NCBI GenBank assembly: GCA_035479295.1
Contig: DATIIV010000012.1
Span: 1,010 to 65,009, forward strand
Source of the DNA: Candidatus Saccharimonadia bacterium
GTDB lineage: Bacteria > Patescibacteriota > Saccharimonadia > UBA4664
Direction of reading: 5' to 3'
Length of the DNA stretch: 64,000 nucleotides
The notes beneath the pieces are model-generated. The model made no database searches, was not told where the DNA came from, and worked only from the letters and a program-made list of their open reading frames with translations. The position numbers were made by a program, and so were the translations under genes. Each line of letters begins with the position of its first letter. Within the stretch, counting starts at the first letter, position 1. Shown here piece by piece: positions 8,605-19,338 of the stretch.

Positions 8605-9216
8605 ATGAGGACCTCGATCGAGCTGGTTGAAACGCGCCTGGGCCAGCCCTGCAAGATTGGTCAGGATCAGCGCGGAGCCGACTTTTGGTCAAGCATTGAC
8701 CGGCAGCGGGTTGAGGTGCCGGAGCTCTATCTGACATGGACCGGCTTGGCAGGTGACCGCGCCACCAATACGCGGCTGAATGCGGCGGCCGGCGGTCTTG
8801 ACCAGACCCACGGGGGCCATGACAAGGCGGTTTACGCCTATCCGCTCAAACACTATCCAGCCTGGCTGGCCGAGCTCGGCGAGGATGGTTTGGGCGGGCG
8901 ATCACTGGGCGAGAACTGGCGTTTGCGCGGTGTCTCGGAGGCTGACGTTCGCATCGGCGACATCTGGACGCTGGGTGAGGCTGAGCTGGAAGTCTCGAAG
9001 GCGCGCCAGCCTTGCAATGGGCTGGTGATTTACTACGGCGGCCAGTCCATGATCAAGCGAATGGCGGCCAATGGTTTCTGTGGCTGGTATCTCAAGGTGC
9101 GGCGGCCCGGCGTGGTCCCGACTACCGGTACCATTCACGTGGTTCATCACAACCTGGACGGCCCGACTGTGGCCGAGGCCTTCGCGCTCAAAATGCAGCG
9201 GCGGACCAACATCTAG
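8605..9216 (+). CDS. MOSC domain protein (YiiM-like)
   Basis: GL.GD, HGG.DKAVY.Y, LGEN, IGDI...GEA.LEVS..RQPC, GWYL.V..PG. Confidence 0.85.
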   Translation: MRTSIELVETRLGQPCKIGQDQRGADFWSSIDRQRVEVPELYLTWTGLAGDRATNTRLNAAAGGLDQTHGGHDKAVYAYPLKHYPAWLAELGEDGLGGRSLGENWRLRGVSEADVRIGDIWTLGEAELEVSKARQPCNGLVIYYGGQSMIKRMAANGFCGWYLKVRRPGVVPTTGTIHVVHHNLDGPTVAEAFALKMQRRTNI

Positions 9217-9290
9217 CCACCCTAGGCTTGGCCCGCAACTTGGCCCCGGCGCTTCCTGCGCCGGGGCTGCTCGATCTTATGAAGCTCGAA

Positions 9291-10145
9291 TTAAGCGTCG
9301 TTCTTTTTGCGAAACTTAAACAACATAATATCTCCTAGCGCATCTCGAGCGTCTTCACTATTGCTCGCTCGCTCAGACTCGCCCAAATCGTAGCTTTCTC
9401 TATCAAGCGGCGTGGCCAGCGAAGCAGGCGCCTCAGCCTCAAAATAGCTAGCCGCATAGTGGAGATAAGCGGCCGGATTGCGCAGATAATAGGTGACCTG
9501 CGACTGGTAATGAGCCCCTGATGCCGCGAACTCCCGCGCGACCGTGGTGTGGGTAAATTGGTCGTCCGACCAGTTGCCTTGCACCGCTAAGCTGTCTGCA
9601 TGGTTCTGTGCCCACATTTGATCGGGCACGGTTACAAACAGCAGTCCGCCCGGTTTCAGCGCCGCTGCCGCATCGCTATAGAACGTCTCCAGATCTTTCA
9701 CGCAGTGAGCTACCATGTTGGCTACCACGGCGTCAAACGGCTCCCCATGGTTGTGCTCAACCGCTTCTTGGGGCCCGCCCACGACAGCATCGAGGCCAAA
9801 CACTCGTCGTCCCACCTCGATGGACCCAGGGGCAATATCGGCGCCTACTACGCTGTAGCCCGAGTCCGTTAGCTTCTTTGTGAGGTAGCCGACCCCACAG
9901 CCCACATCAAGCACCTTACTTCCGCGCGCCACGGCTTCCGTGATGGAGTCCGTAACCTGCAGGCAGAGATCCTCATATGACCTATCGAGCCCATTTTTAA
10001 GCACCTCCGCTCGATGCTCAGCCATCGCGTCCCATGGATTTATGGCGGCACCGTCGATGGCCTGATCAGCCTGAAGCTCTCTCGCTACGGACTGTCCGGA
10101 GAAGCTGGCCTCGCCTTGTCCTTCGGGGTGCTCGGTATTGTTCAT
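9291..10145 (-). CDS. Class I SAM-dependent methyltransferase
   Basis: VLDVGCGVG, G.DI, FDAVVA, LKPGG. Confidence 0.85.
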   Translation of the reverse strand: MNNTEHPEGQGEASFSGQSVARELQADQAIDGAAINPWDAMAEHRAEVLKNGLDRSYEDLCLQVTDSITEAVARGSKVLDVGCGVGYLTKKLTDSGYSVVGADIAPGSIEVGRRVFGLDAVVGGPQEAVEHNHGEPFDAVVANMVAHCVKDLETFYSDAAAALKPGGLLFVTVPDQMWAQNHADSLAVQGNWSDDQFTHTTVAREFAASGAHYQSQVTYYLRNPAAYLHYAASYFEAEAPASLATPLDRESYDLGESERASNSEDARDALGDIMLFKFRKKNDA

Positions 10146-10249
10146 GGACTGATCATACCATTTGGTCTGTCCCGAAGCTGGTTCTAGCTTCGTCCGCTGA
10201 TTGCCCCGTTGCTTAAACCAGGGCAGGCCGAATAAGGTACAATCATCCT

Positions 10250-10918
10250 ATGCTAGCTAAAACTGCCCTCTTCATCCATCGGTCAGTTGGTCGCAACTTG
10301 CTGCATGACGGCCGGGTGCGGGAGCTGTTAAAGGCGGCCAAGGCGCCCCTTATTCTGGACGACTATGATCAGAATATCGATGTACTCACTACCGAAAGTG
10401 GGCGCACTAAGTTAGGGTTGAACTTTCCGGGCGGCGACACCAGGCCGCAGGACTATGCCGCCATATTCTCGGCTCAAAGGGCCGAATCGTCCGCGCCGAT
10501 TCTGGAGCTAGCCTTGAGCTACGATCGTATTGTCATTAAATCCTGCTACCCCAACTCGCACATTACGAGTGATGAACAGCTTGAGGCCGTTAAGGGGCAC
10601 TATCAGTCGATCGCTCGGTTCTTTGCCGATCATGCGACCAAGCAACTGATTATCGTAACGTCGCCGCCACTTGTGCCGCTGAAGACCAACCCGGCCGCTG
10701 CCCGCCGCGCTCGAATATTGGCGACCTGGTTGGCGGACAGTAAGTTGGGTCAAAATGTCAGCGTTTTTAATTTGTTTGATCAACTAGCAGCGCCGGAATC
10801 TGAACCCGGAGCCAACCTGCTTCGGCGCCCGTATCGTCGGTGGCTGCCGCTCGATTCTCACCCCAATGCCCGGGCTTCTCGGGAAGTGGCGCCGCGGTTT
10901 GTCAAACGCCTCGGCTAG
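10250..10918 (+). CDS. Hypothetical SGNH-like protein
   Basis: FIHRSVG, KSCYP, FNLFD.LA, DSHPN. Confidence 0.6.
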   Translation: MLAKTALFIHRSVGRNLLHDGRVRELLKAAKAPLILDDYDQNIDVLTTESGRTKLGLNFPGGDTRPQDYAAIFSAQRAESSAPILELALSYDRIVIKSCYPNSHITSDEQLEAVKGHYQSIARFFADHATKQLIIVTSPPLVPLKTNPAAARRARILATWLADSKLGQNVSVFNLFDQLAAPESEPGANLLRRPYRRWLPLDSHPNARASREVAPRFVKRLG

Positions 10919-10999
10919 CGCTTCAGATTGTCTTGACGCCAGCGCGGGATGGCAGTACTCTGATTCTCGTCATCCCCAACAGACACCAGGAAGGGTGCC

Positions 11000-11278
11000 A
11001 TGACAAGCAGGCAGGAACTGCGTACCCAGCTCCTCAATGGTCTCATTCAGCATGCCGGGTCAAGCCCGGCCCAGGCTAACTTCGCACTCGGACGGCCCAC
11101 CTCCGTGGCGGTCAGCGATCTGCTGCCTGGCCCCCGCCCCACCCACCCCGAGCTGACGTCACTGCTCAGCGAGATTCAGGGCGGGCTCACGGCGCAGAAC
11201 CTGCGCGCTGAGGCCGGCTGGGAAGGTGGCAGGGAGGACGGTCACAGTGCCATTATCCTGACCCAGATCGACGACTGA
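11000..11278 (+). CDS. Orphan hypothetical protein
   Basis: TTGACG-17-TACTCT promoter, SD-like GGAAGG, downstream hairpin. Confidence 0.65.
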   Translation: MTSRQELRTQLLNGLIQHAGSSPAQANFALGRPTSVAVSDLLPGPRPTHPELTSLLSEIQGGLTAQNLRAEAGWEGGREDGHSAIILTQIDD

Positions 11279-11291
11279 TCCTGTACCACCT

Positions 11292-11325
11292 GCCGATACT
11301 AGCGCCTCTAGGTGCTAGTATCGGC
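11292..11325. terminator. GC-rich hairpin without U-tract
   Basis: GCCGATACTAGCGCC-tcta-GGTGCTAGTATCGGC. Confidence 0.65.
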
Positions 11326-11373
11326 CTTAGCCCGAGCGTTCAAGTGGGACTTGAGCGGTCAGTCTAAGGATGC

Positions 11374-12642
11374 CTAGCGCCGGCGGATGAGCCACCTGAG
11401 CCGCAGCGTCAGTAATTGGTCAGATGAGAACAACTTGGCCGCCAGCAGCATAAAGCCAATGAAACAGGCCAGCTCGTAGGCCGATCCGAGCAGCACCAAG
11501 CCATCATTGTGCGTATATAAATTGGGCAGCGCCTGGAAGGTGTAGGTGAAGGGGATGAGGTAGAGGATGACCTTGAAGACGGCTGGCAGGGATTGAATAT
11601 CGGTGACCATGCTGGCCAGATAGGGGATGAGCAGCAGCACCATCAGCGGCATAATGAGTGACTGCACACTCTTGATGTTGTCGGCGAAGGCGCCCAGCAC
11701 CAGGGCGATGGCCAGTGCGGTGAGGATGCCTAGGAACAGGGTGAGGCCAAGTAAGAGGTAGCTCTGAGGCGACAGGTTGAGCCCGAGCTGGTTGATGGCG
11801 GCCGTGGTGGTGGCATCGGCGGTCTGGCCACCGGTAAAGCTCGATTGAATACTGTGCAGGCCATACACATAGGCCGCGGCGGTGACGCTGGCCACGATAC
11901 CGGCCGCCAGCATTTTGGCGCCCACGATGGTGGTGCGCGAGATCGGCACCGACAGCAGCGTTTCGAGCGTCTTGTTCTCTTTTTCATTGGCCATGGCGGT
12001 GGCCACCATTTGGCCGGCGAACAAGATGACGATAAAGAGGATGACCGGCACAAAGCTGATCTGGGAGTTAAGGTACGACACTACTTTGGCCGGGCTGATG
12101 GCGGCGACCTTGCTGCCGACCACGATGTGCTCGTTGTTTTTTACCGGCGTCAAGACGGCGGTCGGATCGGTGTGGGGCAGAGCTTGCTGGAGTCGGCTGG
12201 CGGCCAGAGCAGCGTTTACTTGGGCCACGGCGCTGCTCACCAGGGTGGAATCGACCAGCCGGGCGATGGAGAAGCCGGTTTGAATGGTGTAGGAATCGAG
12301 GCTGGCGGGTTGGCCGGCGGCGAGACTTTGGCCGAAGCCGGCCGGGATGAGGATGACAGCTTTTTGGCTGCTGGGCGTGGCAAAGTCGGGCAGCGCCGCT
12401 TGGTGCTGCAGGGTTACGGTGAGGTTGGCGTGCCGCAGCAAGCCGATGACGGTGGCCGACGCCGACGAGTTATCGTTATCGATCACCAGCACCGGTTGCG
12501 ATTGGCCCTGGAGCTTAGCTTGCTGCGATATCACTTTGCCCAAGCCCATAAATACGATTACCACCAGCACAATCGGCAGAATGGTTTGGGGCGTCACCAA
12601 CTCTCGCAGCTCTTTAACGAGCAAGACCCAAAACCGTTTCAT
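11374..12642 (-). CDS. ABC-2 type exporter permease (NatB-like)
   Basis: KELRE, EKENKTLETLLS.P, multiple TMs. Confidence 0.85.
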   Translation of the reverse strand: MKRFWVLLVKELRELVTPQTILPIVLVVIVFMGLGKVISQQAKLQGQSQPVLVIDNDNSSASATVIGLLRHANLTVTLQHQAALPDFATPSSQKAVILIPAGFGQSLAAGQPASLDSYTIQTGFSIARLVDSTLVSSAVAQVNAALAASRLQQALPHTDPTAVLTPVKNNEHIVVGSKVAAISPAKVVSYLNSQISFVPVILFIVILFAGQMVATAMANEKENKTLETLLSVPISRTTIVGAKMLAAGIVASVTAAAYVYGLHSIQSSFTGGQTADATTTAAINQLGLNLSPQSYLLLGLTLFLGILTALAIALVLGAFADNIKSVQSLIMPLMVLLLIPYLASMVTDIQSLPAVFKVILYLIPFTYTFQALPNLYTHNDGLVLLGSAYELACFIGFMLLAAKLFSSDQLLTLRLRWLIRRR

Positions 12643-13361
12643 GAGCTGGCCACCTTAAGGAAGACCTCTTCCAGATTCTTGGCGCCGTACTTGGCCTTGA
12701 TGTCGGCGGGCCGACCGGTCTCTTTGAGCTGGCCATCCACGATGAGGCCGATACGGTCCGACAAATACTCAATCTCGAGCATATTGTGGCTCGATAGCAG
12801 CACGGCCGTGCCATGCTCGGTGAGGCCGTGGATCAGCTTGCGGATCTCCAGCGAATTAAGCACGTCCAGGCCGCTGGTGGGTTCGTCCAAGATGGCCAGC
12901 TTGGGTTCGGTCATGATGGCGCGGGCGAGCAGCAGCTTGCGGGCCATACCTTTGCTGTATGTGGAGACCTTGGCGGTAATCTTGTCGCCCAGATCAGCAA
13001 TGGCCTCGGCGCGCTCTACGCACTGGTTACGCTTAGCATCGTCGTTAGTGTAGAGTCCGGCCATAAAACGCAGGTACTCCCGGCCAGACAGAGCCTTGTA
13101 GGCGCCTGACTCTTCGGGCAGGTAGGTAATGAGCTCGCGCACTTTGGCGGCCTCCTTTTGAACATCGTGACCGGCCAGGGTAATGGTGCCGGAGGATGGG
13201 CGCAGAATGGTAGCGATCATTCGGAGGGTGGTGGATTTGCCGGCGCCGTTAGGGCCCACCAGGGCAAAGATCTCGCCTTCACCAATGGTAAAACTGACGT
13301 CGCGGACGGCCTGCGCCTGGCCGTACGATTTCGTTAAATGATCGACCACGAGGACATTCAT
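12639..13361 (-). CDS. ABC exporter ATP-binding subunit (NatA-like)
   Basis: GPNGAGKS, YSKGM, LDEPTSGLD. Start moved to ATG 13361, 6 nt after TATGAT. Confidence 0.9.
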   Translation of the reverse strand: MNVLVVDHLTKSYGQAQAVRDVSFTIGEGEIFALVGPNGAGKSTTLRMIATILRPSSGTITLAGHDVQKEAAKVRELITYLPEESGAYKALSGREYLRFMAGLYTNDDAKRNQCVERAEAIADLGDKITAKVSTYSKGMARKLLLARAIMTEPKLAILDEPTSGLDVLNSLEIRKLIHGLTEHGTAVLLSSHNMLEIEYLSDRIGLIVDGQLKETGRPADIKAKYGAKNLEEVFLKVASS

Positions 13362-13459
13362 GCCTTCATCATACTCCTCCTTAGTAGAGCTAGCTTGATC
13401 AAGATGGCGTAAACCCGTATAAATACCACTGGTCGGTCTGTATCCGGAGAGGCGATAGT

Positions 13460-14071
13460 ATGGCGGCATTTGATTTTGGAGAGAACGACTTGCTGGCCGC
13501 ACAACGCATCGTCGTTGTGGCCGCTATCAGGTCTGGCAGTTTGGCTGAGGTGCGCGCCGCCTGGCGGGCGTACCAGGTGCTGGCCGAAGCAAGCATTGAG
13601 GCCTTGACGGACGAAGGTGGAGCTCATGCTCATGCTCGGATTGGCCTGATTCTGGCCAAGGCTGCTATCTGGCAGGAGGCTGGCGATCAGGTGCGGTACT
13701 GGGAGGAGCTAATGTCGGCCCAGGACTATGCCGAGGGTATGGCGTTTGATACGCCTGGTGCCTGCAGTGTCCTGGACCAAGCCTCTGCGATGAATTCGGC
13801 CGAGTATCTCCAGGCAGCGGGCCGGTACGAGGCGGCTATCGAGGCTTACATTGGGCGCGAGCAGCTGCCGCTGACCGACCACGACCGGGGTCTCCTGAAC
13901 TACCGAGTGGCCGAGTGCTACCAGGCGCTGCTGCCCCTCAAGCCAAACCAGCCGGAGGTAGCAGACCTCCTTAATGCTTCGATCCAGAGTGCGCTACTCT
14001 ACCTGGAGGAGAGGCCGGAGCAGGGCTGGGCGCTGCGGTTGCTCGATGAAGTGAAGCTCGCGGGCAGATGA
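13460..14071 (+). CDS. Hypothetical helical (TPR-like) protein
   Basis: AGRYEAAIEAY, YRVAECY helices; followed by hairpin 14077-14106. Confidence 0.55.
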   Translation: MAAFDFGENDLLAAQRIVVVAAIRSGSLAEVRAAWRAYQVLAEASIEALTDEGGAHAHARIGLILAKAAIWQEAGDQVRYWEELMSAQDYAEGMAFDTPGACSVLDQASAMNSAEYLQAAGRYEAAIEAYIGREQLPLTDHDRGLLNYRVAECYQALLPLKPNQPEVADLLNASIQSALLYLEERPEQGWALRLLDEVKLAGR

Positions 14072-14076
14072 TCGTT

Positions 14077-14106
14077 GGTGGTAGCGGCAACGACGCCGCT
14101 ACCACC
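14077..14106. terminator. GC-rich hairpin
   Basis: GGTGGTAGCGGC-aacgac-GCCGCTACCACC. Confidence 0.6.
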
Positions 14107-14211
14107 ACCTAAGCTAAGGCGCAATCATACACTTCACTCTGCTCGAGAAGCTCTCTTAGTATAATTAATCTAAAGCTGTTAAGCTTAGCCCAACTTAACA
14201 GGGCCACCCCG

Positions 14212-14391
14212 ATGGCAAGACAACGTGGCAAGACCAGCAAAAAAGGCTTAATAATGTCAATCAGCGGTCCGTTTGCTCTGCTCAGTGGCTGGCGTAACGC
14301 CCGAGTTCTGAGCCTGGTGGCGATAGTAGCCGTGCTGGCCGGCCTGAGTGCGGCCGTAAATGGGTTTCATCCAGCCGGGTTATCAACGTAA
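14212..14391 (+). CDS. Small membrane peptide (59 aa) or truncated secreted-protein remnant; not in the ORF track
   Basis: MARQRGKTSKK...VLSLVAIVAVLAGLSAAV...: basic N-terminus plus one TM. Confidence 0.4.
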   Translation: MARQRGKTSKKGLIMSISGPFALLSGWRNARVLSLVAIVAVLAGLSAAVNGFHPAGLST

Positions 14392-14493
14392 AGTAAGTAC
14401 CCTAGTGCGGGCCTTCTAGATTAGGCTTCGTCCGAGATTGCGACTAGCTATCTCGGGCCAACCGGACGATAATAGCGGCAAAGGAGTCATGGG

Positions 14494-14865
14494 GTGGACA
14501 AGATGCTCTCACTAGGTTTGTCGGTGGTCACTGTGGGGCTCATTGTCTGGTGGTTCTTTGGCAAGCGTCAGGCGGCTGTCGCGATGGCGACGCAATCCGG
14601 CGGTGTCCAGCAAATCGAGATCGTGGTGGATGGCGGCTATTCGCCACAGGTGGTGCAGCTCAAGGCCGGCGTGCCCGCTAAGCTCATCTTTGACCGCCAA
14701 GATCCTTCTAGCTGTCTGGAAGAGGTGAGCTTGCCCGATTTTGGCATTACCCAGAAGCTGGCGCTTGGCCAAAAGACTACCGTTGAGCTAAAGGCTCAAG
14801 TGGCCGGCACCTACAAATACACCTGTGGCATGCATATGTTTAGCGGGCAGGTGGTAGTGAAGTGA
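14494..14865 (+). CDS. Membrane-anchored cupredoxin-domain copper chaperone (CupA-like)
   Basis: [28 protein letters not shown]. Confidence 0.85.
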   Translation: MDKMLSLGLSVVTVGLIVWWFFGKRQAAVAMATQSGGVQQIEIVVDGGYSPQVVQLKAGVPAKLIFDRQDPSSCLEEVSLPDFGITQKLALGQKTTVELKAQVAGTYKYTCGMHMFSGQVVVK

Positions 14866-16760
14866 GTATCCGTACCCGCTTCATTATTAGCCTCGTCTTA
14901 TCATTGCCCTTGGTGGCCGCCATGCTTGGTGTGGCGCTACCGGGCGGCGAGCTTACCAGATGCGCCCTGGCTACGCCGGTTGTGTTCATTGGCGGCTGGT
15001 CATTCTTTGCCGGCGCTTGGGCGGCCTTTAAACATCGCCAGGCTAGCATGGATACGCTCGTGGCGCTTGGCACTGGGGTGGCCTACGTCTATAGTATCTA
15101 CGCCTTGGAGCGCGGCATGGCCGGTTACTTTGAGATCGCGGCGCTGCTTATCACCTTTATTTTGCTCGGCAAACTCTTTGAGGATCTTACCCGCAGCCGC
15201 GCCAGTACTGCCATAGAGAAACTCATCGGCTTGCAGGCCAAGCAAGCCACCATCATCAAGAACGACCGGGAAGTCCAGGTGCCGCTCGAGGACGTTCGAG
15301 TCGGCGACATTGTAGTGGTGCGGCCGGGCGATAAGGTCGCTGTCGACGGTCAAATTGTCCACGGCGACTCCAGCGTTGATGAGTCCATGGTGACCGGCGA
15401 AAGCCTGCCGGTGGCCAAGGGCGTCGGCGACATGGTTATTGGCTCCACCATAAATAAAACTGGCGCCTTCAACTTCGTCGCCATCAAAGTGGGTTCGCAG
15501 ACGCTCCTCGCTCAGATCGTTGAGCTCGTCCGTCGGGCTCAAACTAGTCGCGCGCCCATTCAAAGGTTGGCTGATAATGTCTCGAACGTCTTTGTGCCGG
15601 TGGTGCTCATTATAGCTATTGTCACATTTAACGTGTGGTTTGTGCTGCTCGGCGCCACGTTTGTGCAGGCGCTGCTATTTGCCGTGGCGGTGGTCGTCAT
15701 CGCCTGCCCGTGCGCTTTGGGTCTGGCTACCCCTACTGCGCTCATGGTTGGCACGGGCAGGGGAGCAAGCCTCGGCATCCTCATCAAAAGCGGGGAGGTG
15801 CTCGAAGCTGCCAACCACATCAAGTACATCGTCTTCGACAAGACCGGTACCCTCACTAAGGGCAAACCGGTAGTTACCGATCTTGTCGGCGATGAGATCG
15901 AGGTTTTGCGCATTGCGGCCAGCCTCGAGTCGGCTAGCGAGCACCCTCTCGCCTCGGCCATCCTCGCCCGGGCCAAGGCGGCCAACATCTCCATTGAAGA
16001 AGCTATGCATTTCAAGGCTGCCGAAGGTCAGGGCGTCACCGGCGAGGTCGATGGCCGGCTTGGCGCCATTGGTAATCAGGCTCTTATGCAACAACTCCAA
16101 GTCGATAGTAAGTCTCGCATTAAGCAGCTAACCGAGCTGGAATCCCAGGGCAAGACGGTTATGCTCGTGGCGACGGAGCACCGCCTTCTCGGCCTCATTG
16201 CCGTCCAGGACGAGCCTAAATCGATGACCTCAGAAGCCATTGCGGGCCTTAAGGCCGCCGGTTTCGAGCCAATTATGCTCACCGGCGACAATGAGGCCAC
16301 CGCCTACGCTATCGCGGCTCGGGTGGGCATTGCCAAGGTTATCGCCCAGGCGCTGCCCGCCGACAAAGCCGCCCACATCAAATCTCTCCAGACCACCGGC
16401 CGCGTCGCCTTTGTGGGCGACGGCCTCAATGATGCGCCTGCTCTCGCCCAGGCCGACCTGGGGATCGCTATGGGCTCCGGTACCGACATCGCCATGGAGG
16501 CTGGTGGCATCGTGCTCGTTAAGAACGACCTCCGCGACGTTACCCGCGCCCTAGCCTTGAGCCGCAAAACCTTCTCGCGCATCAAACTCAATCTGTTCTG
16601 GGCCTTTATTTACAACCTGGGAGGCATCCCCATAGCGGCCGGCGTGCTTGTGCCGCTTGGTCTCACTCTCAGTCCTGCTCTGGCCGGGCTTGCCATGGCC
16701 TTTAGCTCGGTCTCTGTAGTCGTCAGCTCGCTTATGCTGCGTTACGCTAAGCTTACATAA
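14862..16760 (+). CDS. copA: Copper-translocating P1B-type ATPase
   Basis: [26 protein letters not shown] and MAFSS; no N-terminal metal-binding domain. Confidence 0.92.
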   Translation: MSIRTRFIISLVLSLPLVAAMLGVALPGGELTRCALATPVVFIGGWSFFAGAWAAFKHRQASMDTLVALGTGVAYVYSIYALERGMAGYFEIAALLITFILLGKLFEDLTRSRASTAIEKLIGLQAKQATIIKNDREVQVPLEDVRVGDIVVVRPGDKVAVDGQIVHGDSSVDESMVTGESLPVAKGVGDMVIGSTINKTGAFNFVAIKVGSQTLLAQIVELVRRAQTSRAPIQRLADNVSNVFVPVVLIIAIVTFNVWFVLLGATFVQALLFAVAVVVIACPCALGLATPTALMVGTGRGASLGILIKSGEVLEAANHIKYIVFDKTGTLTKGKPVVTDLVGDEIEVLRIAASLESASEHPLASAILARAKAANISIEEAMHFKAAEGQGVTGEVDGRLGAIGNQALMQQLQVDSKSRIKQLTELESQGKTVMLVATEHRLLGLIAVQDEPKSMTSEAIAGLKAAGFEPIMLTGDNEATAYAIAARVGIAKVIAQALPADKAAHIKSLQTTGRVAFVGDGLNDAPALAQADLGIAMGSGTDIAMEAGGIVLVKNDLRDVTRALALSRKTFSRIKLNLFWAFIYNLGGIPIAAGVLVPLGLTLSPALAGLAMAFSSVSVVVSSLMLRYAKLT

Positions 16761-16791
16761 GGAGTATGATGACCGGAAGGAGGATAGCAAT

Positions 16792-16929
16792 ATGATGAAT
16801 AGCTGGACCTATGGCCAAGGCGGCATGATGGGAGCTACGGGTGGCTGGGCATTCTTACTCTGGCTGGTGGTATTTGCAGACCTCATTCTGCTTGGTGTCT
16901 GGCTCTGGAGACAGATCACTAAGAAGTAG
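16792..16929 (+). CDS. Small Met/Gly-rich single-TM protein (45 aa); not in the ORF track
   Basis: SD GGAGG; MMNSWTYGQGGMMG...LILLGVWLWRQITKK. Confidence 0.65.
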   Translation: MMNSWTYGQGGMMGATGGWAFLLWLVVFADLILLGVWLWRQITKK

Positions 16930-16959
16930 CGAGTGACTGGCCTGTGCTAAGATACAATC

Positions 16960-17907
16960 ATGCAATCGAGCCATTTCCGCACTCAAAAACATCACGGCAT
17001 TACCTGGATCGATATCAACGACCCTACCAGGGAGCAGATCAGCCAGGCCATGGACGGTCGCGCCCTGCACCCGCTTCATCTGGACGCAAGCCTGCTAAAT
17101 GGCCATCTGCCTCACGTCGAAAAAGAGGACAATTACGTTTTTTTGCTGCTGCAGCTGCCCGACTACAAGCCTGCTACTGGCACGGTTGAGACTCAGCAAG
17201 TAGCCATCTTTTTGGCCAAGGATATCCTGATCACCATTCATCGCGGTGTTATTCCCAGTTTGCAGCACATCTTTGAGGCCTGCGAACAGGACGAGCAGCT
17301 GCGCGACGATTACTTTAAGAAATCATCGGGCTACTTGCTCTCGATCATCATCGACGGTTTACTGAACCAGGCGTCGGAGCTGATCCAGGCCATCTTGTCT
17401 AGGCTCGATGAGATCGAGGACGCAGTGTTTGGCGATCACGTGGCGGCTACCTATCAGATCGGCCAGCTGCGGCAGCGGGTTACTAAACTTAAGCGGCTCA
17501 TGGACTTTCTCAAGACCATCCTGACCGACCTAGCGCCGCGCATCGACGAGTACACCGGCGACAAGATCGCGCACTACTACCGCCATAACGCCCGCACTGC
17601 CCAGCGGCTATCGCTGCTGTTGGAGGAGGCCAAGGAGACCGTCGAGATCTTTAAGGACGCCGATTATACCGCCAGCAACCAAAAAACCAATACCACCCTG
17701 GCTATCCTGACCATCATCTTTACGTTTACGATTCCGGTGACGGTGATGGCCTCGCTCTACGGCATGAACATCCCCTTGCCGGGCGGTAACGAGACCGGCC
17801 CTTGGACGTTCTGGGGCCAGTACACCACACTCATTATTGTGGCTGTGCTGTCGGTGGTGCCGGTGCTGGCGATGTGGCGGTACTTTAAGAAGAAGAGTTG
17901 GTTTTAA
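16960..17907 (+). CDS. corA: CorA family Mg2+/Co2+ transporter
   Basis: TWIDI..P, LITIH, YGMN signature, two C-terminal TMs. Confidence 0.9.
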   Translation: MQSSHFRTQKHHGITWIDINDPTREQISQAMDGRALHPLHLDASLLNGHLPHVEKEDNYVFLLLQLPDYKPATGTVETQQVAIFLAKDILITIHRGVIPSLQHIFEACEQDEQLRDDYFKKSSGYLLSIIIDGLLNQASELIQAILSRLDEIEDAVFGDHVAATYQIGQLRQRVTKLKRLMDFLKTILTDLAPRIDEYTGDKIAHYYRHNARTAQRLSLLLEEAKETVEIFKDADYTASNQKTNTTLAILTIIFTFTIPVTVMASLYGMNIPLPGGNETGPWTFWGQYTTLIIVAVLSVVPVLAMWRYFKKKSWF

Positions 17908-17930
17908 AATCTTCGCGATAAGATACGACT

Positions 17931-18593
17931 ATGAAACTCCTGAATATTAGCTACGCAGTACTGCAAGAAAAGCTTGACCAATATCTCGATAGTGATGCCA
18001 ATTTTAAGGCCGTGTTTGAGTACACTCAGCGGCGATTTGAGGCGGCTACAAATCTTACGGCGCACAATTGGGCACATTGTCGCCGGGATACAATCAACGC
18101 CATAGTGATTGGCGAAGCCGAGAAGGCCGATATGGGCATTGTGCTTCCGGCCGCTTGCATGCATGATATCGGCTTTTTGTATGGCGCCACAGGAAAGACG
18201 CATGGCTCAGTGGGCGCCGATAAGCTCGCGGGTTATCTAAAAGAGGGCGGTATCAATTATTCGATCGAGGCCATAGAAAAGCTAGCAAGCTGTTTGCGCA
18301 CTCATAAGGGCAGTATGCACCAGGAGAAGCCCGAGAGTCTGGAAGCCAAAGTAGTAGCTGATGCCGATATGCTAGAGAAGTTTGGGCCCTTTGGTGTCTA
18401 TCAAAATATTCGAACCTTTGGCGAATTCAACCGCCCCTTAGAGAGTAACCTAGAGCGGGCGAGCGAAATCTTTAATCTCACACTCGAAACGCCAACAGGC
18501 CAACGCTTGGCCGAGCCAGGGCGTCAGTTTGTAGCCGACTTTTATCGCGAGCTTCAAGAAGCGGCGGCGCCATATGGGATTAGGGCCAATTAA
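17931..18593 (+). CDS. HD domain protein
   Basis: AHNWAH..R, MHDIG, H, DADMLE. Confidence 0.8.
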   Translation: MKLLNISYAVLQEKLDQYLDSDANFKAVFEYTQRRFEAATNLTAHNWAHCRRDTINAIVIGEAEKADMGIVLPAACMHDIGFLYGATGKTHGSVGADKLAGYLKEGGINYSIEAIEKLASCLRTHKGSMHQEKPESLEAKVVADADMLEKFGPFGVYQNIRTFGEFNRPLESNLERASEIFNLTLETPTGQRLAEPGRQFVADFYRELQEAAAPYGIRAN

Positions 18594-18606
18594 AACCAAA
18601 GCGTAC

Positions 18607-19338
18607 ATGAACGGTATCACTCACTCGGTCAAGCACTACTACCAGCCCACCAACAACAGCTGTAGCCAAGCGGCCTTAGCTATGCTGCTGTCGCATTACG
18701 GTCAGGAGCTCTCTCCAGAGCATATTATGGAGAGCGTTCCGGTGGGCAAAAACGACCAGGGTGAAGACTGGGGCACCATCAATCAACAGCTGGCTACCTG
18801 GTGCCGTAGTCAGGGTTATGGCGTGGAGCTCCATACGGCTGATTTTCAGATCATCGATCTATCGTGGGCCAACCTGGCCCAGGTTAAACTTATTGAGCGA
18901 ATGGAACTAGCCAAAGACCATCGGGTTGTGCCGGCCCTGGGCAAGGCCTGGTCGCAGATTTACCTGCAATCGTACATAGACTTCGTTAAGGCGGGTGGTG
19001 GGCTCTATATTCGGCCCTTTATGACTACCGGGCTGATCGATGATCTGCTTGTAAACGGTCCGTTGTTAGTGTGTATTTGCTACTCGGTGCTCTACAATAC
19101 TGGTCGAAGCAAGAATATTGGCTTGCGAGAGTCGAAGGATGACGACCTTAGCGGCAAGGTTGAGAACCATAGCGTGGTAATTTATGGACGGGACAAGCAC
19201 GGCAATTATCTCGTTGCGGACCCTTGGAAAGAGCCTGGTCGGCATGTCATTGAATCGGAGCGGCTGCTCTGTGCTATGACGGCGGCTCAAATAGAGTGCG
19301 ATAATCTACTGTTTCAGGTTCATCGTGCCGACCATTAA
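18607..19338 (+). CDS. Peptidase C39-like protein
   Basis: Q....SCSQAALAMLL (Cys), HSVVIYG (His), ADPW (Asp). Confidence 0.75.
   Translation: MNGITHSVKHYYQPTNNSCSQAALAMLLSHYGQELSPEHIMESVPVGKNDQGEDWGTINQQLATWCRSQGYGVELHTADFQIIDLSWANLAQVKLIERMELAKDHRVVPALGKAWSQIYLQSYIDFVKAGGGLYIRPFMTTGLIDDLLVNGPLLVCICYSVLYNTGRSKNIGLRESKDDDLSGKVENHSVVIYGRDKHGNYLVADPWKEPGRHVIESERLLCAMTAAQIECDNLLFQVHRADH

Noticed and set aside
11845-13053. 402-aa + strand ORF, and similar long shadow ORFs such as 53424-54740, 36945-37739 and 43641-44318
   Set aside because: Antisense to well-supported genes; expected in GC-rich DNA; no motifs.
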